Origin: Candidatus Binatia bacterium
Lineage (GTDB): Bacteria > Desulfobacterota > Binatia > UBA9968 > JAJDTQ01
Length of the DNA stretch: 64,000 nucleotides
Reading direction: 5' to 3'
Assembly: GCA_963666515.2 (NCBI GenBank)
Contig: OY762897.2
Coordinates: 1,632,001-1,696,000 of the forward strand
The position numbers and the translations under genes were made by a program. Shown here in pieces: positions 9,960-19,155 of this stretch (positions are counted from its first letter, which is position 1; each line of letters starts with the position of its first letter). The notes below the pieces were generated by a model. It was not told where the DNA came from and made no database searches. It saw only the letters and a list, made by a program, of their open reading frames with translations.

Positions 9960-10808
9960 TCAGGTGACCCGCAACTCGTCCGCCGGGAGCCCGATGGCGG
10001 CCCGGGCCAATCGTATCTGCTCCCTCGTGGTGATCACCCGGAAAGACCTGGCCGTCTTGATGGCCCAGAACGTCTCTTCCTGTATCTCCCGGGTGACGGC
10101 GTATTTCTTGAGGATGTCCAGCACCCCGCCGCCGTGGACCTGGTCCTTGCTCTGGTGGAGGCCGGCGTTCATCAGCGACCCTTCCGGAATTCCGCAGAGC
10201 TTCTCGACCCGGTTGGCGCTGGCCGCCCACGGGCCTTCGAACTCGCCCTTGTCGAGATAGCCCCGCTTGACCGCAACCCGGATGCTCTCGAGGCCGCCGA
10301 TGGCCGCGTAGCCGCCCTGCCACGTCAGTGTCCGGCTCAGATTGTCCAACGCGTGCATGCAGGCCATGAAGATCGGCGTGGGCTCGAACGCCTCTGCCTC
10401 CTCACGGGAGATGCCGAGTTGCTGAGAGTCGTAGTAGAGCACCTCGATGTGGCACATGCCGTCGGCGTCGGGGTCGCTCACCTCCTCGTCCCAGCAGTCG
10501 TGGAGGATCTCGCGGCGGACGTCCTGGTAGGGGCACTTGGCGGCGATGTTCATCAGGTAGCTGGGAAACATCTTTGCGAAGAAGCTGTGGTTCATCTGCC
10601 AGACGCCGAAGTACCGCCTGGCCTTGTCGGGGTCGTTCAGGACCTCGTCGGGAATCGGCGGGTGGTTCGTGTAGGTCCGCACCACGTCGGCCTGGGCCCG
10701 CAGGAACCGTGCTTCGTACTCCTCCGGGGAGAAAGCTGCACCATCGGTTTCCGGGGGCGCTCGGAAGAAAGTCTTCGTGGTGATCACATCGGCTTGGGCA
10801 TCGGACAT
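9960..10808 (-). CDS. Heme-oxygenase-like diiron enzyme (PqqC/CADD/TenA superfamily)
   Basis: DEE...H (WDEEV...CHIE), GGLES, H..KD..H (LHQSKDQVH) metal-ligand pattern. Confidence 0.7.
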   Translation of the reverse strand: MSDAQADVITTKTFFRAPPETDGAAFSPEEYEARFLRAQADVVRTYTNHPPIPDEVLNDPDKARRYFGVWQMNHSFFAKMFPSYLMNIAAKCPYQDVRREILHDCWDEEVSDPDADGMCHIEVLYYDSQQLGISREEAEAFEPTPIFMACMHALDNLSRTLTWQGGYAAIGGLESIRVAVKRGYLDKGEFEGPWAASANRVEKLCGIPEGSLMNAGLHQSKDQVHGGGVLDILKKYAVTREIQEETFWAIKTARSFRVITTREQIRLARAAIGLPADELRVT

Positions 10809-11029
10809 CGTAACGCTCCTTGGTTGGAATCGTTCGACACGAACGTCTCTTCCGCCCGTATCAGAAGGTCCGTAGTGTGTCAACGAAGCTCCTGACCGCA
10901 CCCGGAGCACGCTTTACTCCCCCGACGGGGATTGATATATCCGCTGCCAAACCGTCCGCCGGACCCCGCGTTGATCGTCCGTGAAGGCACTTGCGCGGCA
11001 CCACCCCAGCGGATGGACGAGGAGGTCCC

Positions 11030-12211
11030 ATGCGAAGCGCCTACGGTCTCAGGATACCGGAGATAGACCCCGAGCTGACCCGGGTGGGGCCGGGCACGCC
11101 GTGCGGCGAGTTGATGCGGCGGTACTGGCAGCCCGTTTGCCTCGCGGCCGACCTTACCGACCTGCCCAAGCGCATCCGCATCCTGGGGGAGGACTTGGTG
11201 GCGTTCCGGGACGGGCAAGGGCACCCGGGGCTCCTGTTCTTCCGCTGCAGCCACCGCGGCACCTCGCTGGAGTACGGCCGCGTGGAGCGGGACGGGCTGC
11301 GCTGCTGCTACCACGGCTGGCTCTACGACGTGGAGGGCCGCATCCTCGACATGCCGCTGGAGCCGCGCGACAGCACCGTGAAGGACCACCTCTGGCACCC
11401 CGCCTATCCGGTGCAGGAGTACGGCGGGCTGCTGTTCGCCTACATGGGACCTCTGGACAAGATGCCGCTCCTGCCCCGCTACGACGTGCTGGAGGCGGAA
11501 GGAGGCACGCTGAAGCCGCGCTTCGGCCCGCGCGTGGGCGGCGCCCAGGACTGCAACTGGCTCCAGAGCGAGGAGAACCTCATGGACGCGCTCCATGCGG
11601 TGTGGCTGCACACGGTGCACAGCGGACCCCAGTTCCCCACCCAGGCCCATTCGACCCTGCCGGAGCGGCTGGTCTACGAGGAGACCGACATCGGCATCCG
11701 CTTCGTCATGACCCGGAAGATGGAGGACGGGCGCTGGGCGGACGTCATATGGGAGAACCTCATGCCGCTCAACGTGCACCTGACCTACACGGACGAGCCC
11801 GTGACCGAGAAGGTGAACCAGGTGTCCTTCTGCGTTCCGGTGGACGACACCCACCAGTTGGGCGCGAACATTCGATGGATACCCGACGGCGCCGACCCGT
11901 CGGAGCTGTCAGGCCGTGAAAAGCTCGCGCCCGCCGGCCGGGGGCCACGGGACTACGAGTACAGCCAGCGCTACCCCGACGACAAGGAAGCCCAGGAGGG
12001 CCAGGGGGAGATCGTGGTGCACGCCATGGAGCGCCACGTAAGCTCGGACGAGGGCGTGCTGCTGTTCCGGAAGATCCTCAAGACCGCCATCGACGACGTC
12101 AAGGCCGGCAAGGACCCCAAGGGGATCATCCGGGACCCCGAGAAGGCGGCCTGCGTGCCCACCACCGCGGGAGCGATCGTGCACGCGGAGCGGCCCGCCC
12201 ACGTGGCCTGA
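11030..12211 (+). CDS. Rieske non-heme iron oxygenase alpha subunit (phthalate 4,5-dioxygenase/LigX-like)
   Basis: VGPGTPCGELMRRYW, CSH...CCYHG Rieske site, ENLMD..H...LH; RBS GGAGG. Confidence 0.9.
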   Translation: MRSAYGLRIPEIDPELTRVGPGTPCGELMRRYWQPVCLAADLTDLPKRIRILGEDLVAFRDGQGHPGLLFFRCSHRGTSLEYGRVERDGLRCCYHGWLYDVEGRILDMPLEPRDSTVKDHLWHPAYPVQEYGGLLFAYMGPLDKMPLLPRYDVLEAEGGTLKPRFGPRVGGAQDCNWLQSEENLMDALHAVWLHTVHSGPQFPTQAHSTLPERLVYEETDIGIRFVMTRKMEDGRWADVIWENLMPLNVHLTYTDEPVTEKVNQVSFCVPVDDTHQLGANIRWIPDGADPSELSGREKLAPAGRGPRDYEYSQRYPDDKEAQEGQGEIVVHAMERHVSSDEGVLLFRKILKTAIDDVKAGKDPKGIIRDPEKAACVPTTAGAIVHAERPAHVA

Positions 12212-12253
12212 CGCGCGGGGGTTCTCCATGCAGAAAGGGCAAGGGAGAAGCAC

Positions 12254-13858
12254 TTGAGCATTCAATCCATCGACCCACCGGCCCTGCAGGCGCTGCTGGC
12301 CTCGGACGCCCTTTACGCCTGCATCGACGTGCGCGAACGCGGCGAGTTCGCGCGGGCGCAGATCGCCGGCACCAGCCCGGTTAACCGCGGCATGTTGGAG
12401 ATCCGGCTGCCGGTGATGGTGCCGGACCGGCGCGTTCCCGTGGTGGTGTGCTGCAACGACGGGCGCCGTAGCGCGCTGTCGGCGGGGACCTTGGCGAGCA
12501 TGGGCTACACCGACGTCCGCATCCTCGCGGGCGGCATCGACGAATGGCAGCGCCAGGGGCTGCCGGTGCGCTCGGGCTGGGGGGTGCACGGGAAGGAATA
12601 CGGCGAGCGGGTCGCCCACGGCGGCGACGTCGTCCACCTGGACGCGGTGGAACTGGCCCGACGGCGCAAGGCAGGCGAGGACGTGATGGTGGTGGACGTA
12701 CGGTCGCGGGAGGAGTACCTGCGCGGCCACGTGCCGGACACCTACCACATCCCCGGCGGCAACCTGCTGGTGGACGCGCCGCGGCTGCCGCTCAAGGAGG
12801 ACACGACGCTGGTGGTGAGCTGCGCCGGCCGCACCCGCGGCATCCTCGGCGCGCAACTGCTGCACGACAACGGCTTCACCAACGTCTACGCCCTGGAGAA
12901 CGGCGTCATGGGCTGGTTCCTGGCCGGCGGCAACATCGCAACGGGCACGGGCAAGGAGGTGCCCGAGGCGGCATCGGCACCCCGGTCCACGCAGATCCGG
13001 CAAGCCACCGAAGCACTCGCCTCCCGAGAGCGCATCCGCCGCTGCTCGCGCGACGACTTCCGCGCCGCCTGCGAGTCCGGCGAAACCTTCTACCTGCTGG
13101 ATGTGCGGCTCCCGGAGGAATACGAGACCGGCCACATACCGCGTTCCATCTCGCTCCCGTTGGGGCAGATGGCCCTGGCCCACGAGAACTTTCTCGCGGT
13201 GCGCGCGGCGCCCGTATTCGTGGTTTCGGACGACGACTCCCGGCCGGTCTGGGCCGCCGCCCTGCTCCGAAATCTCGGCTTCCGCGACGTGTCGGTCCTC
13301 GACGGCGGCCTGCGGGGATGGACCGCGGACGGACTCGACCTGGAACAAGGCGTCCCGGAGCCCGCGGTCTTCGGTTTGGAGGAGACACGTGACCAGGTGA
13401 CCTTCATCGACGCCGTGGCGCTTCAGGCATACGTGGAATCGTCCGCTCTCGCGTTGGACGTCCGCAGCATCGGGGAGTACGGCTTCGCCCACATTCCCGG
13501 CACACGATGGCTTCCCCGCGGACGCCTGGAACTGGACATCGCGCGCGTCGCGCCGGACAAGGTATTGCCCCTGGCCCTGGTATGCGACAACGCCGTCCGC
13601 TCCACGCTGGCGGCCGGCACCCTGAGGCAACTGGCCTACACCGATGTTCGGGTGCTTCAGGGCGGAACCCGGGAGTGGGAGAGCGGCGGCCGCTCGCTGG
13701 AAGACGGGCTCGAAGGGACCGGGATCTCCACCGAGGACGCGCAGGCCGACTTCGGGCACAGCGTGTGGCACGGCGCCCTGGGAAAGTCCCGCGAGGACAT
13801 GGAACGCTACCTGTCCTGGGAGATTGACCTGGTCAAGGACGGGGAAGCAGCGTCCTGA
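12254..13858 (+). CDS. Four-domain rhodanese (sulfurtransferase)
   Basis: Four DVR...E(Y/F)...(H/Q)I.. modules with loops CCNDGRRS, CAGRTRG, SDDDSRP, CDNAVRS; TTG start. Confidence 0.85.
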   Translation: MSIQSIDPPALQALLASDALYACIDVRERGEFARAQIAGTSPVNRGMLEIRLPVMVPDRRVPVVVCCNDGRRSALSAGTLASMGYTDVRILAGGIDEWQRQGLPVRSGWGVHGKEYGERVAHGGDVVHLDAVELARRRKAGEDVMVVDVRSREEYLRGHVPDTYHIPGGNLLVDAPRLPLKEDTTLVVSCAGRTRGILGAQLLHDNGFTNVYALENGVMGWFLAGGNIATGTGKEVPEAASAPRSTQIRQATEALASRERIRRCSRDDFRAACESGETFYLLDVRLPEEYETGHIPRSISLPLGQMALAHENFLAVRAAPVFVVSDDDSRPVWAAALLRNLGFRDVSVLDGGLRGWTADGLDLEQGVPEPAVFGLEETRDQVTFIDAVALQAYVESSALALDVRSIGEYGFAHIPGTRWLPRGRLELDIARVAPDKVLPLALVCDNAVRSTLAAGTLRQLAYTDVRVLQGGTREWESGGRSLEDGLEGTGISTEDAQADFGHSVWHGALGKSREDMERYLSWEIDLVKDGEAAS

Positions 13859-13873
13859 GACGCCAGCGTGGGA

Positions 13874-14431
13874 TCAGGGCCCCGGCAACCTGTCCGGAAA
13901 GCCGTGGAAGATCAGGCCGCCCACGAAACCCACGATGGGCGGCAGCACGAGACTGGCCAGGAACCGGGCTACGGTTACCTCCAGGCCCAGTATGGGAATT
14001 TCCCAGATAATGACCCGGTGGAAGCCGATGAGGGACCACGACGTCAGATAGGCGATGATGGGTCCGGCGCCTGCGCCCGAGGCCATCAGTGAAGCCACGA
14101 TGGGAAAGTGCATCATGGGCCCGCCAGGGGTGAACGCTCCGGCGGCGGTGCCGATCATGAGCCCGCGCACCCCGGAGCCCTCTCCGATCCACTTGGAAAT
14201 CAGGTCCGTCGGGAGAATGACCTGGATCAGACCCGCCACCGCAAAGGCGAAGATCATCTTGGGAAGCGTGTTCATCAGGAGTTGGCCGCCGCTCGACAGA
14301 CCCGCCACCGCCCGCGGCGCACCATAGGAATGGACCACGTACACGCCCACGACGATGCTGGCCACGAACATGAACCAAAAGCCCCCGTCCATACCGAGTC
14401 TCCCTGTTATGCTGCGCTTTCTCTGTCGCAT
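13874..14431 (-). CDS. Predicted permease (DUF318-like, half-size)
   Basis: Hydrophobic protein with GAFTPGGP...FP and GAG.GP..AYLTSW; start 14431 or 14392. Confidence 0.7.
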   Translation of the reverse strand: MRQRKRSITGRLGMDGGFWFMFVASIVVGVYVVHSYGAPRAVAGLSSGGQLLMNTLPKMIFAFAVAGLIQVILPTDLISKWIGEGSGVRGLMIGTAAGAFTPGGPMMHFPIVASLMASGAGAGPIIAYLTSWSLIGFHRVIIWEIPILGLEVTVARFLASLVLPPIVGFVGGLIFHGFPDRLPGP

Positions 14432-14560
14432 ACCGCGCTCAACTCCATCGGCTCCCGATCCCGTTGACCCCTTTCGCGAAGCTTTCGCAACTTGACACAA
14501 ACGGAACCCCGATTGTAGTTCTTTAGGCTCGGCGAACAGCGGGAGAACACCGAGGACGGC

Positions 14561-15865
14561 ATGCTGACGAAGGAAGACAACGAGATTCTGACGAGGGTGG
14601 GGCCGGGGACGCCCATGGGCGAGTTGATGCGGCGGTACTGGGTGCCGGTGGTGCTTTCCGGCGAGTTGGAAGCGGGAGGGCGGACCAAGCGGGTGCGCAT
14701 CCTGGGCGAGGACATGGTGGCCTTTCGCACCTCCCAGGGCGAGGCCGGGCTGCTCGGCGAGTATTGCTCGCACCGGCGGGTCTCGCTCTATTTCGGCCGT
14801 GTGGAGAAGGACGGGCTCCGCTGCTGCTACCACGGGTGGAAATACGGGCTGGACGGGCGCTGCCTGGAGATGCCCAACGAGTCGCCGGAGACCGACTTCA
14901 AGCACGCGGTTCGGCACCCTGCCTACCCGTGCCGCGAGCGCGGCGGCGTCGTGTGGGCGTTCATGGGCGACCCGGCGCACATGAACGAGCTGCCGGACTT
15001 CGAATGGCTGCACCTGCCTGACAACCAGCGCTTCATCTCCAAGTACTACCAGGACAGCAACTACTTCCAGGCACTCGAGGGCGGTATCGATTCGAGCCAC
15101 ATCTCCTTCCTGCACGCGCCTCTCAGCTCAGCGGACCGGGCGTCGCTGAAGGACATCGAGAGGGCCGGCTTCGGCGTCGACACCGCGGTAGAGTCGTCGG
15201 ACCGGAGCCCGCGGTTCGAGGTGGTGGACACGGAATACGGCGTGATGATCGGCGCCCGGCGCAATGTCGCCGACGACCGGTACTACTGGCGCATCACGCA
15301 GTTCCTCATGCCCTTTTACACCATGCCGCCGCCCCAGGACGAAGACCCGATCCTGCATTCCCATGCCTGGGTCCCGGCGGACGACGGGCACCTGATCAAC
15401 TGGACCATCACGTGGCATCCGGGGCGGCCGTTGAAGGAGGAAGAGCTGGTGTCCTTCAACACCGGCCTGAGCGCGCACATCACGGAGTTCGGGCCAGCCG
15501 TGAACGGCCCTTACGGCGACGTTCGACCGGCCGCGACCCGGGCCGAGGACTACGGCATGGACTGGCAGGCGCACCGCACGCGCATGTTCTGCGGCATCCC
15601 CGGCTTCGGTATGCAGGACCGCGCCATGACCGAGAGCCAGGGTCCCATCTTCGACCGCACCCGCGAGAGGCTGGGGACCAGCGACACCGCCATCATCCAG
15701 GTGCGCAAGTGCCTCATCGACGCCGCCAAGATGCTGCGGCAGGAGCAAGCCGAACCGCCGGGGCTCGATCCGAAGCTCCACCACATCCGCGCCACCTCCG
15801 TGCGGTTGCCCAAGGACGCGGTGTGGGTCGAAGCAGTGAAGGATCAGGTGAACATCACGCCGTAA
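14561..15865 (+). CDS. Rieske oxygenase alpha subunit (phthalate 4,5-dioxygenase-like)
   Basis: LTRVGPGTPMGELMRRYW, CSH...CCYHG, EGGIDSSHISFLH, QDRAMTESQG. Confidence 0.9.
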   Translation: MLTKEDNEILTRVGPGTPMGELMRRYWVPVVLSGELEAGGRTKRVRILGEDMVAFRTSQGEAGLLGEYCSHRRVSLYFGRVEKDGLRCCYHGWKYGLDGRCLEMPNESPETDFKHAVRHPAYPCRERGGVVWAFMGDPAHMNELPDFEWLHLPDNQRFISKYYQDSNYFQALEGGIDSSHISFLHAPLSSADRASLKDIERAGFGVDTAVESSDRSPRFEVVDTEYGVMIGARRNVADDRYYWRITQFLMPFYTMPPPQDEDPILHSHAWVPADDGHLINWTITWHPGRPLKEEELVSFNTGLSAHITEFGPAVNGPYGDVRPAATRAEDYGMDWQAHRTRMFCGIPGFGMQDRAMTESQGPIFDRTRERLGTSDTAIIQVRKCLIDAAKMLRQEQAEPPGLDPKLHHIRATSVRLPKDAVWVEAVKDQVNITP

Positions 15866-15899
15866 GTTGCCGTGTTCATTGCCAGTTCGCCGGGAAACC

Positions 15900-16157
15900 A
15901 TGACGTTTGAAGAGTACATGGCCGTGCCCTACGTGCTGCGCGTCGCCGCGGTGCGGGGAGCCGACGGTCGCTGGCTGCGGCGGGCGGAGTATCCGGAGTT
16001 GCCGGGCTGCTTCGGCGAGGGACTTTCGCCGGAAGACGCCTTGGCCGATCTGGACCGAAACCGCGAGCGCATGGTTCGGGAGCTTCTCGCCGCGGGGGCG
16101 CGCGTCCCGGTGCCCCGCCCGCCCCTGGAAAGGTTGCTGAGAACCCGAATCGGTTGA
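15900..16157 (+). CDS. HicB-like protein (N-terminal RNase H-like domain only)
   Basis: AEYPELPGC..EG.S.EDAL..L......G..VP.P. Confidence 0.7.
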   Translation: MTFEEYMAVPYVLRVAAVRGADGRWLRRAEYPELPGCFGEGLSPEDALADLDRNRERMVRELLAAGARVPVPRPPLERLLRTRIG

Positions 16158-16205
16158 CGAGACATCGGAATTTCGAGTCCACGACACGGAGAAGGGAGAC
16201 TTGCT

Positions 16206-16664
16206 TTGAGCTTTGGAATGAAACAGGCACGGGCGCTGGTGGATGCGGGCATTCACGCGGCGGAGGAAAAAGGTTACCAGGTGGCGGTGACCATCGTCGA
16301 TGCCGGCGGGAACTTCATGTGGTCGGGGCGCATGGACGGGACCAAGTTCGTGGCTCCGGACATCGCCCGGGCCAAGGCGTTTACCGCGGCCGCCTTCCGC
16401 CAGAGCACCGCGGTGCTTGAGGAAAAGGCCAACCCGAAGCCGGTCTTCTACACCGGCGTGCAGGTGGTGCACGGCGGGCACATCGCCATCGGCCAGGGGG
16501 CGCTGCCCATCTGGATGGGAGATGCGGTGGTGGGAGGCATCGGCGTCAGCGGCGCGGCGCCCCAGGAGGACGAGGAAGTGGCGGCTGCGGCGCTGGAGGC
16601 CGAGGGCTATTCGTTCCCGGACGCGGACGTGGCTACCCGCGCGGCGCTGGGGCATTCAAGGTAG
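16206..16664 (+). CDS. GlcG/HbpS heme-binding family protein
   Basis: IVDAGG...RMDG, A..KAFTA, GGIGVSGA...ED. Confidence 0.88.
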   Translation: MSFGMKQARALVDAGIHAAEEKGYQVAVTIVDAGGNFMWSGRMDGTKFVAPDIARAKAFTAAAFRQSTAVLEEKANPKPVFYTGVQVVHGGHIAIGQGALPIWMGDAVVGGIGVSGAAPQEDEEVAAAALEAEGYSFPDADVATRAALGHSR

Positions 16665-16673
16665 ACGGGGCTC

Positions 16674-17459
16674 GTGGGACGCATCCAGGGAAAGGTCGCA
16701 TTCATCACCGGCGGCGGAGGCGGCATCGGCGCCGCCACCGCCATGCTGTTCGCGGAGGAAGGCGCCCGGCTGGTGCTCGTGGACCGCGACGGCGCCTCCG
16801 CCGACGCCGCGGCCGCCGATATCCGCGACAGGCTCCCCTCGGCGGACGTCATGCCCATGGCGGCGGACTTGAGCGACGAGACGCAGACGAACCGCGCGGT
16901 GGACGCCGCGGCGGCCTACTTCGGCGGCCTCGACATCCTCGTCAACGTCGCCGGGATCCGGGTATACGGGGCCCTCGCGGAAGCCGAGCCGGACAGTTGG
17001 GACTCCATCCTGGCGGTCAATCTCATGGCCACCGTCCATTGTTGCAGGGCCGCCATCCCGCTGCTGCGGTCGCGCGGCGGCGGCAGCATCGTCAACGTCT
17101 CTTCGGTCTTCGGGGTCACCGGACGGGCGGGAATGGGACAGTACGACGTAACCAAGGCCGCGGTGGTGAGCCTCAGCCGCACACTGGCCATCGAGGAGGC
17201 GAGTCACGGGATTCGGGTCAACGCCGTCTGTCCCGGCCCCACCATCACGCCCTTCCACATCCAACGGGCCAAGGCCCGCGGCGTGAGCGAGGAAGAAATG
17301 CGCCGCACCGGCGCGCAGCACACGCTGATGAAACGGTGGGCCGAGCCCCGTGAGGTGGCCCATACCATCCTGTTCCTGGCCGGCGACGAGTCGTCCTTCG
17401 TCACCGGCACGGCGCTGGTGGTGGACGGCGGCGCCTCTGCCGCGGTCGGCAGGTCTTGA
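16674..17459 (+). CDS. SDR family oxidoreductase
   Basis: TGGGGGIG, NVAG, YDVTK, RVNAVCPG. Confidence 0.92.
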   Translation: MGRIQGKVAFITGGGGGIGAATAMLFAEEGARLVLVDRDGASADAAAADIRDRLPSADVMPMAADLSDETQTNRAVDAAAAYFGGLDILVNVAGIRVYGALAEAEPDSWDSILAVNLMATVHCCRAAIPLLRSRGGGSIVNVSSVFGVTGRAGMGQYDVTKAAVVSLSRTLAIEEASHGIRVNAVCPGPTITPFHIQRAKARGVSEEEMRRTGAQHTLMKRWAEPREVAHTILFLAGDESSFVTGTALVVDGGASAAVGRS

Positions 17460-17473
17460 CGCGAACGGCGGCC

Positions 17474-17824
17474 TCAGTCCGCCAGCGGCACCACCGCGAA
17501 GACGTGGGGCTCGTCGCCGATGACGCGGCTCCGGTGGCCGCGCCCGGTCAGGTCGTCCGCAAGCATGATGTCGCCGGCCTGGAACCGCCGCACCTCGCCG
17601 CCGCCGCATTCGATGTCCCACTGCCCGGACAGCGTGAACAGGTACTGGCGCCGCGGCGCCGGGTGCCAGTCCAACAGCACGCCGGGCGGCACTCGCCGCA
17701 CGTGCACGCTCTTGGCGTCTCCGAGAGACGTGCTTTCCATGTTGCGGTCCGGCTGGAAGTCCAACTCGATCTCCTCGAAATGGGATTCGCCGTCGTCGCC
17801 GCTGTAGAGTCTCACTGCCTGCAT
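17474..17824 (-). CDS. Cupin domain protein
   Basis: LYSGDDGESHFE, WHPAPRRQ, D.TGRGH. Confidence 0.8.
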   Translation of the reverse strand: MQAVRLYSGDDGESHFEEIELDFQPDRNMESTSLGDAKSVHVRRVPPGVLLDWHPAPRRQYLFTLSGQWDIECGGGEVRRFQAGDIMLADDLTGRGHRSRVIGDEPHVFAVVPLAD

Positions 17825-17825
17825 G

Positions 17826-19007
17826 TTACCCCGCTTTCTTCTCGCCCTCATTCCAGACCACGGCGCCCGCCGTCGTGGGCACGCACGCGGCCTTGACAGT
17901 ATCCCGGATAATCCCCTTGGGATCCTCGCCCCGCTTGACCGCCTCGATGGCGGTCCGAAGTATCCTGCGGAACATCAGCACCCCTTCATCCGAAGTGACG
18001 TGATGCTCCAGCCGGTGGTTGGCGATCTCGCCCTGCCCTTCCTGGGCTTCCTTGTCGTCGGGATGGCGCTGGCTGTACTCGTAGCTCGTGTCCGACCTTC
18101 CGCCGGGCGCGAGCTTTGCGCGTCCGCTCAAAACGGTCTCGTCCACGTCCTCCGGCATCCACCGGATGTTGGCCGACCTGACGTGCGTGTCGTCCACGGG
18201 AACACAAAAGGAGACCTGGTTTACTTTCGTCGTCTTGAGCTCGTCCGTGTAGACAAGGTGGGCGTTCAGGGGCATGACCATCTCCCAGATCAACTCGGCC
18301 CACCGGCCGCCGTCGAGCTTCTGGACCATGACGAAACGCATGCCCATCTCCGTCTCTTCGTATCGGAGTTCCTCCGGCAGCGAGGTGAACACCTGGGTGG
18401 GGAACTGGGAGCCGCTGTGAAGCGTATGCAGCCACACGGTGTGCAGCGCGTCCATGAGGTTTTCCTCGGTCTGGAGCCAGTTGCAGTCGACGGAACCCCC
18501 AATGCGCGGCCCGAACCTCGCGTAGAATTTCCCTCCCTCATGGACCCAGGCGTCGTACTTGGGAAGCTCCGGCATCTTCTCCAGCGGCCCCATGTAGGCG
18601 AAGACCAGGCCGCCGAACTCCCGCACCGGGTACGCCGGGTGCCATAGATGGTCCTTCACCGTGCTTTCGGGCGGTTCCAGCGGCATGTCGAGGATGCGCC
18701 CCTCCACGTCGTAGAGCCAGCCGTGATAGCAGCAACGCAACCCGTCCCGCTCTACCCGTCCATACTCCAATGAGGTGCCCCGGTGGCTGCAACGAAAGAA
18801 GAGCAGCCCCGCCCGGCCTTCGCCGTCACGGAAGGCGACGAGATCCTCGCCAAGGATGCGGATGCGCTTGGGCAGATCTCCCAGATCGCGGGACAGGCAC
18901 ACCGGCTGCCAGTAGCGGCGCATCAACTCGCCGCAGGGCGTGCCCGGGCCGACACGGGTCAGTTCCGGATCGATTTCGGGGATCTTGAAGCCGTAGGCGC
19001 TCCTCAT
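17826..19007 (-). CDS. Rieske oxygenase alpha subunit, close paralogue of 11030-12211
   Basis: Near-identical N-terminus MRSAYG..IPEIDPELTRVGPGTPCGELMRRYW; same Rieske and Fe motifs. Confidence 0.9.
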   Translation of the reverse strand: MRSAYGFKIPEIDPELTRVGPGTPCGELMRRYWQPVCLSRDLGDLPKRIRILGEDLVAFRDGEGRAGLLFFRCSHRGTSLEYGRVERDGLRCCYHGWLYDVEGRILDMPLEPPESTVKDHLWHPAYPVREFGGLVFAYMGPLEKMPELPKYDAWVHEGGKFYARFGPRIGGSVDCNWLQTEENLMDALHTVWLHTLHSGSQFPTQVFTSLPEELRYEETEMGMRFVMVQKLDGGRWAELIWEMVMPLNAHLVYTDELKTTKVNQVSFCVPVDDTHVRSANIRWMPEDVDETVLSGRAKLAPGGRSDTSYEYSQRHPDDKEAQEGQGEIANHRLEHHVTSDEGVLMFRRILRTAIEAVKRGEDPKGIIRDTVKAACVPTTAGAVVWNEGEKKAG

Positions 19008-19155
19008 GGAGACGCTCCTCTCCGGTCCGGATCGTTCAGGACCCTAGAATCCTTGATCGACAGGATCTTGACTCAGGAAGACAAGATATTTGAACTGGAC
19101 TTCGTTCGTACATGAATACTATCGTAGGCCATCGCGAGTTGTAACGCTCGGTAGT

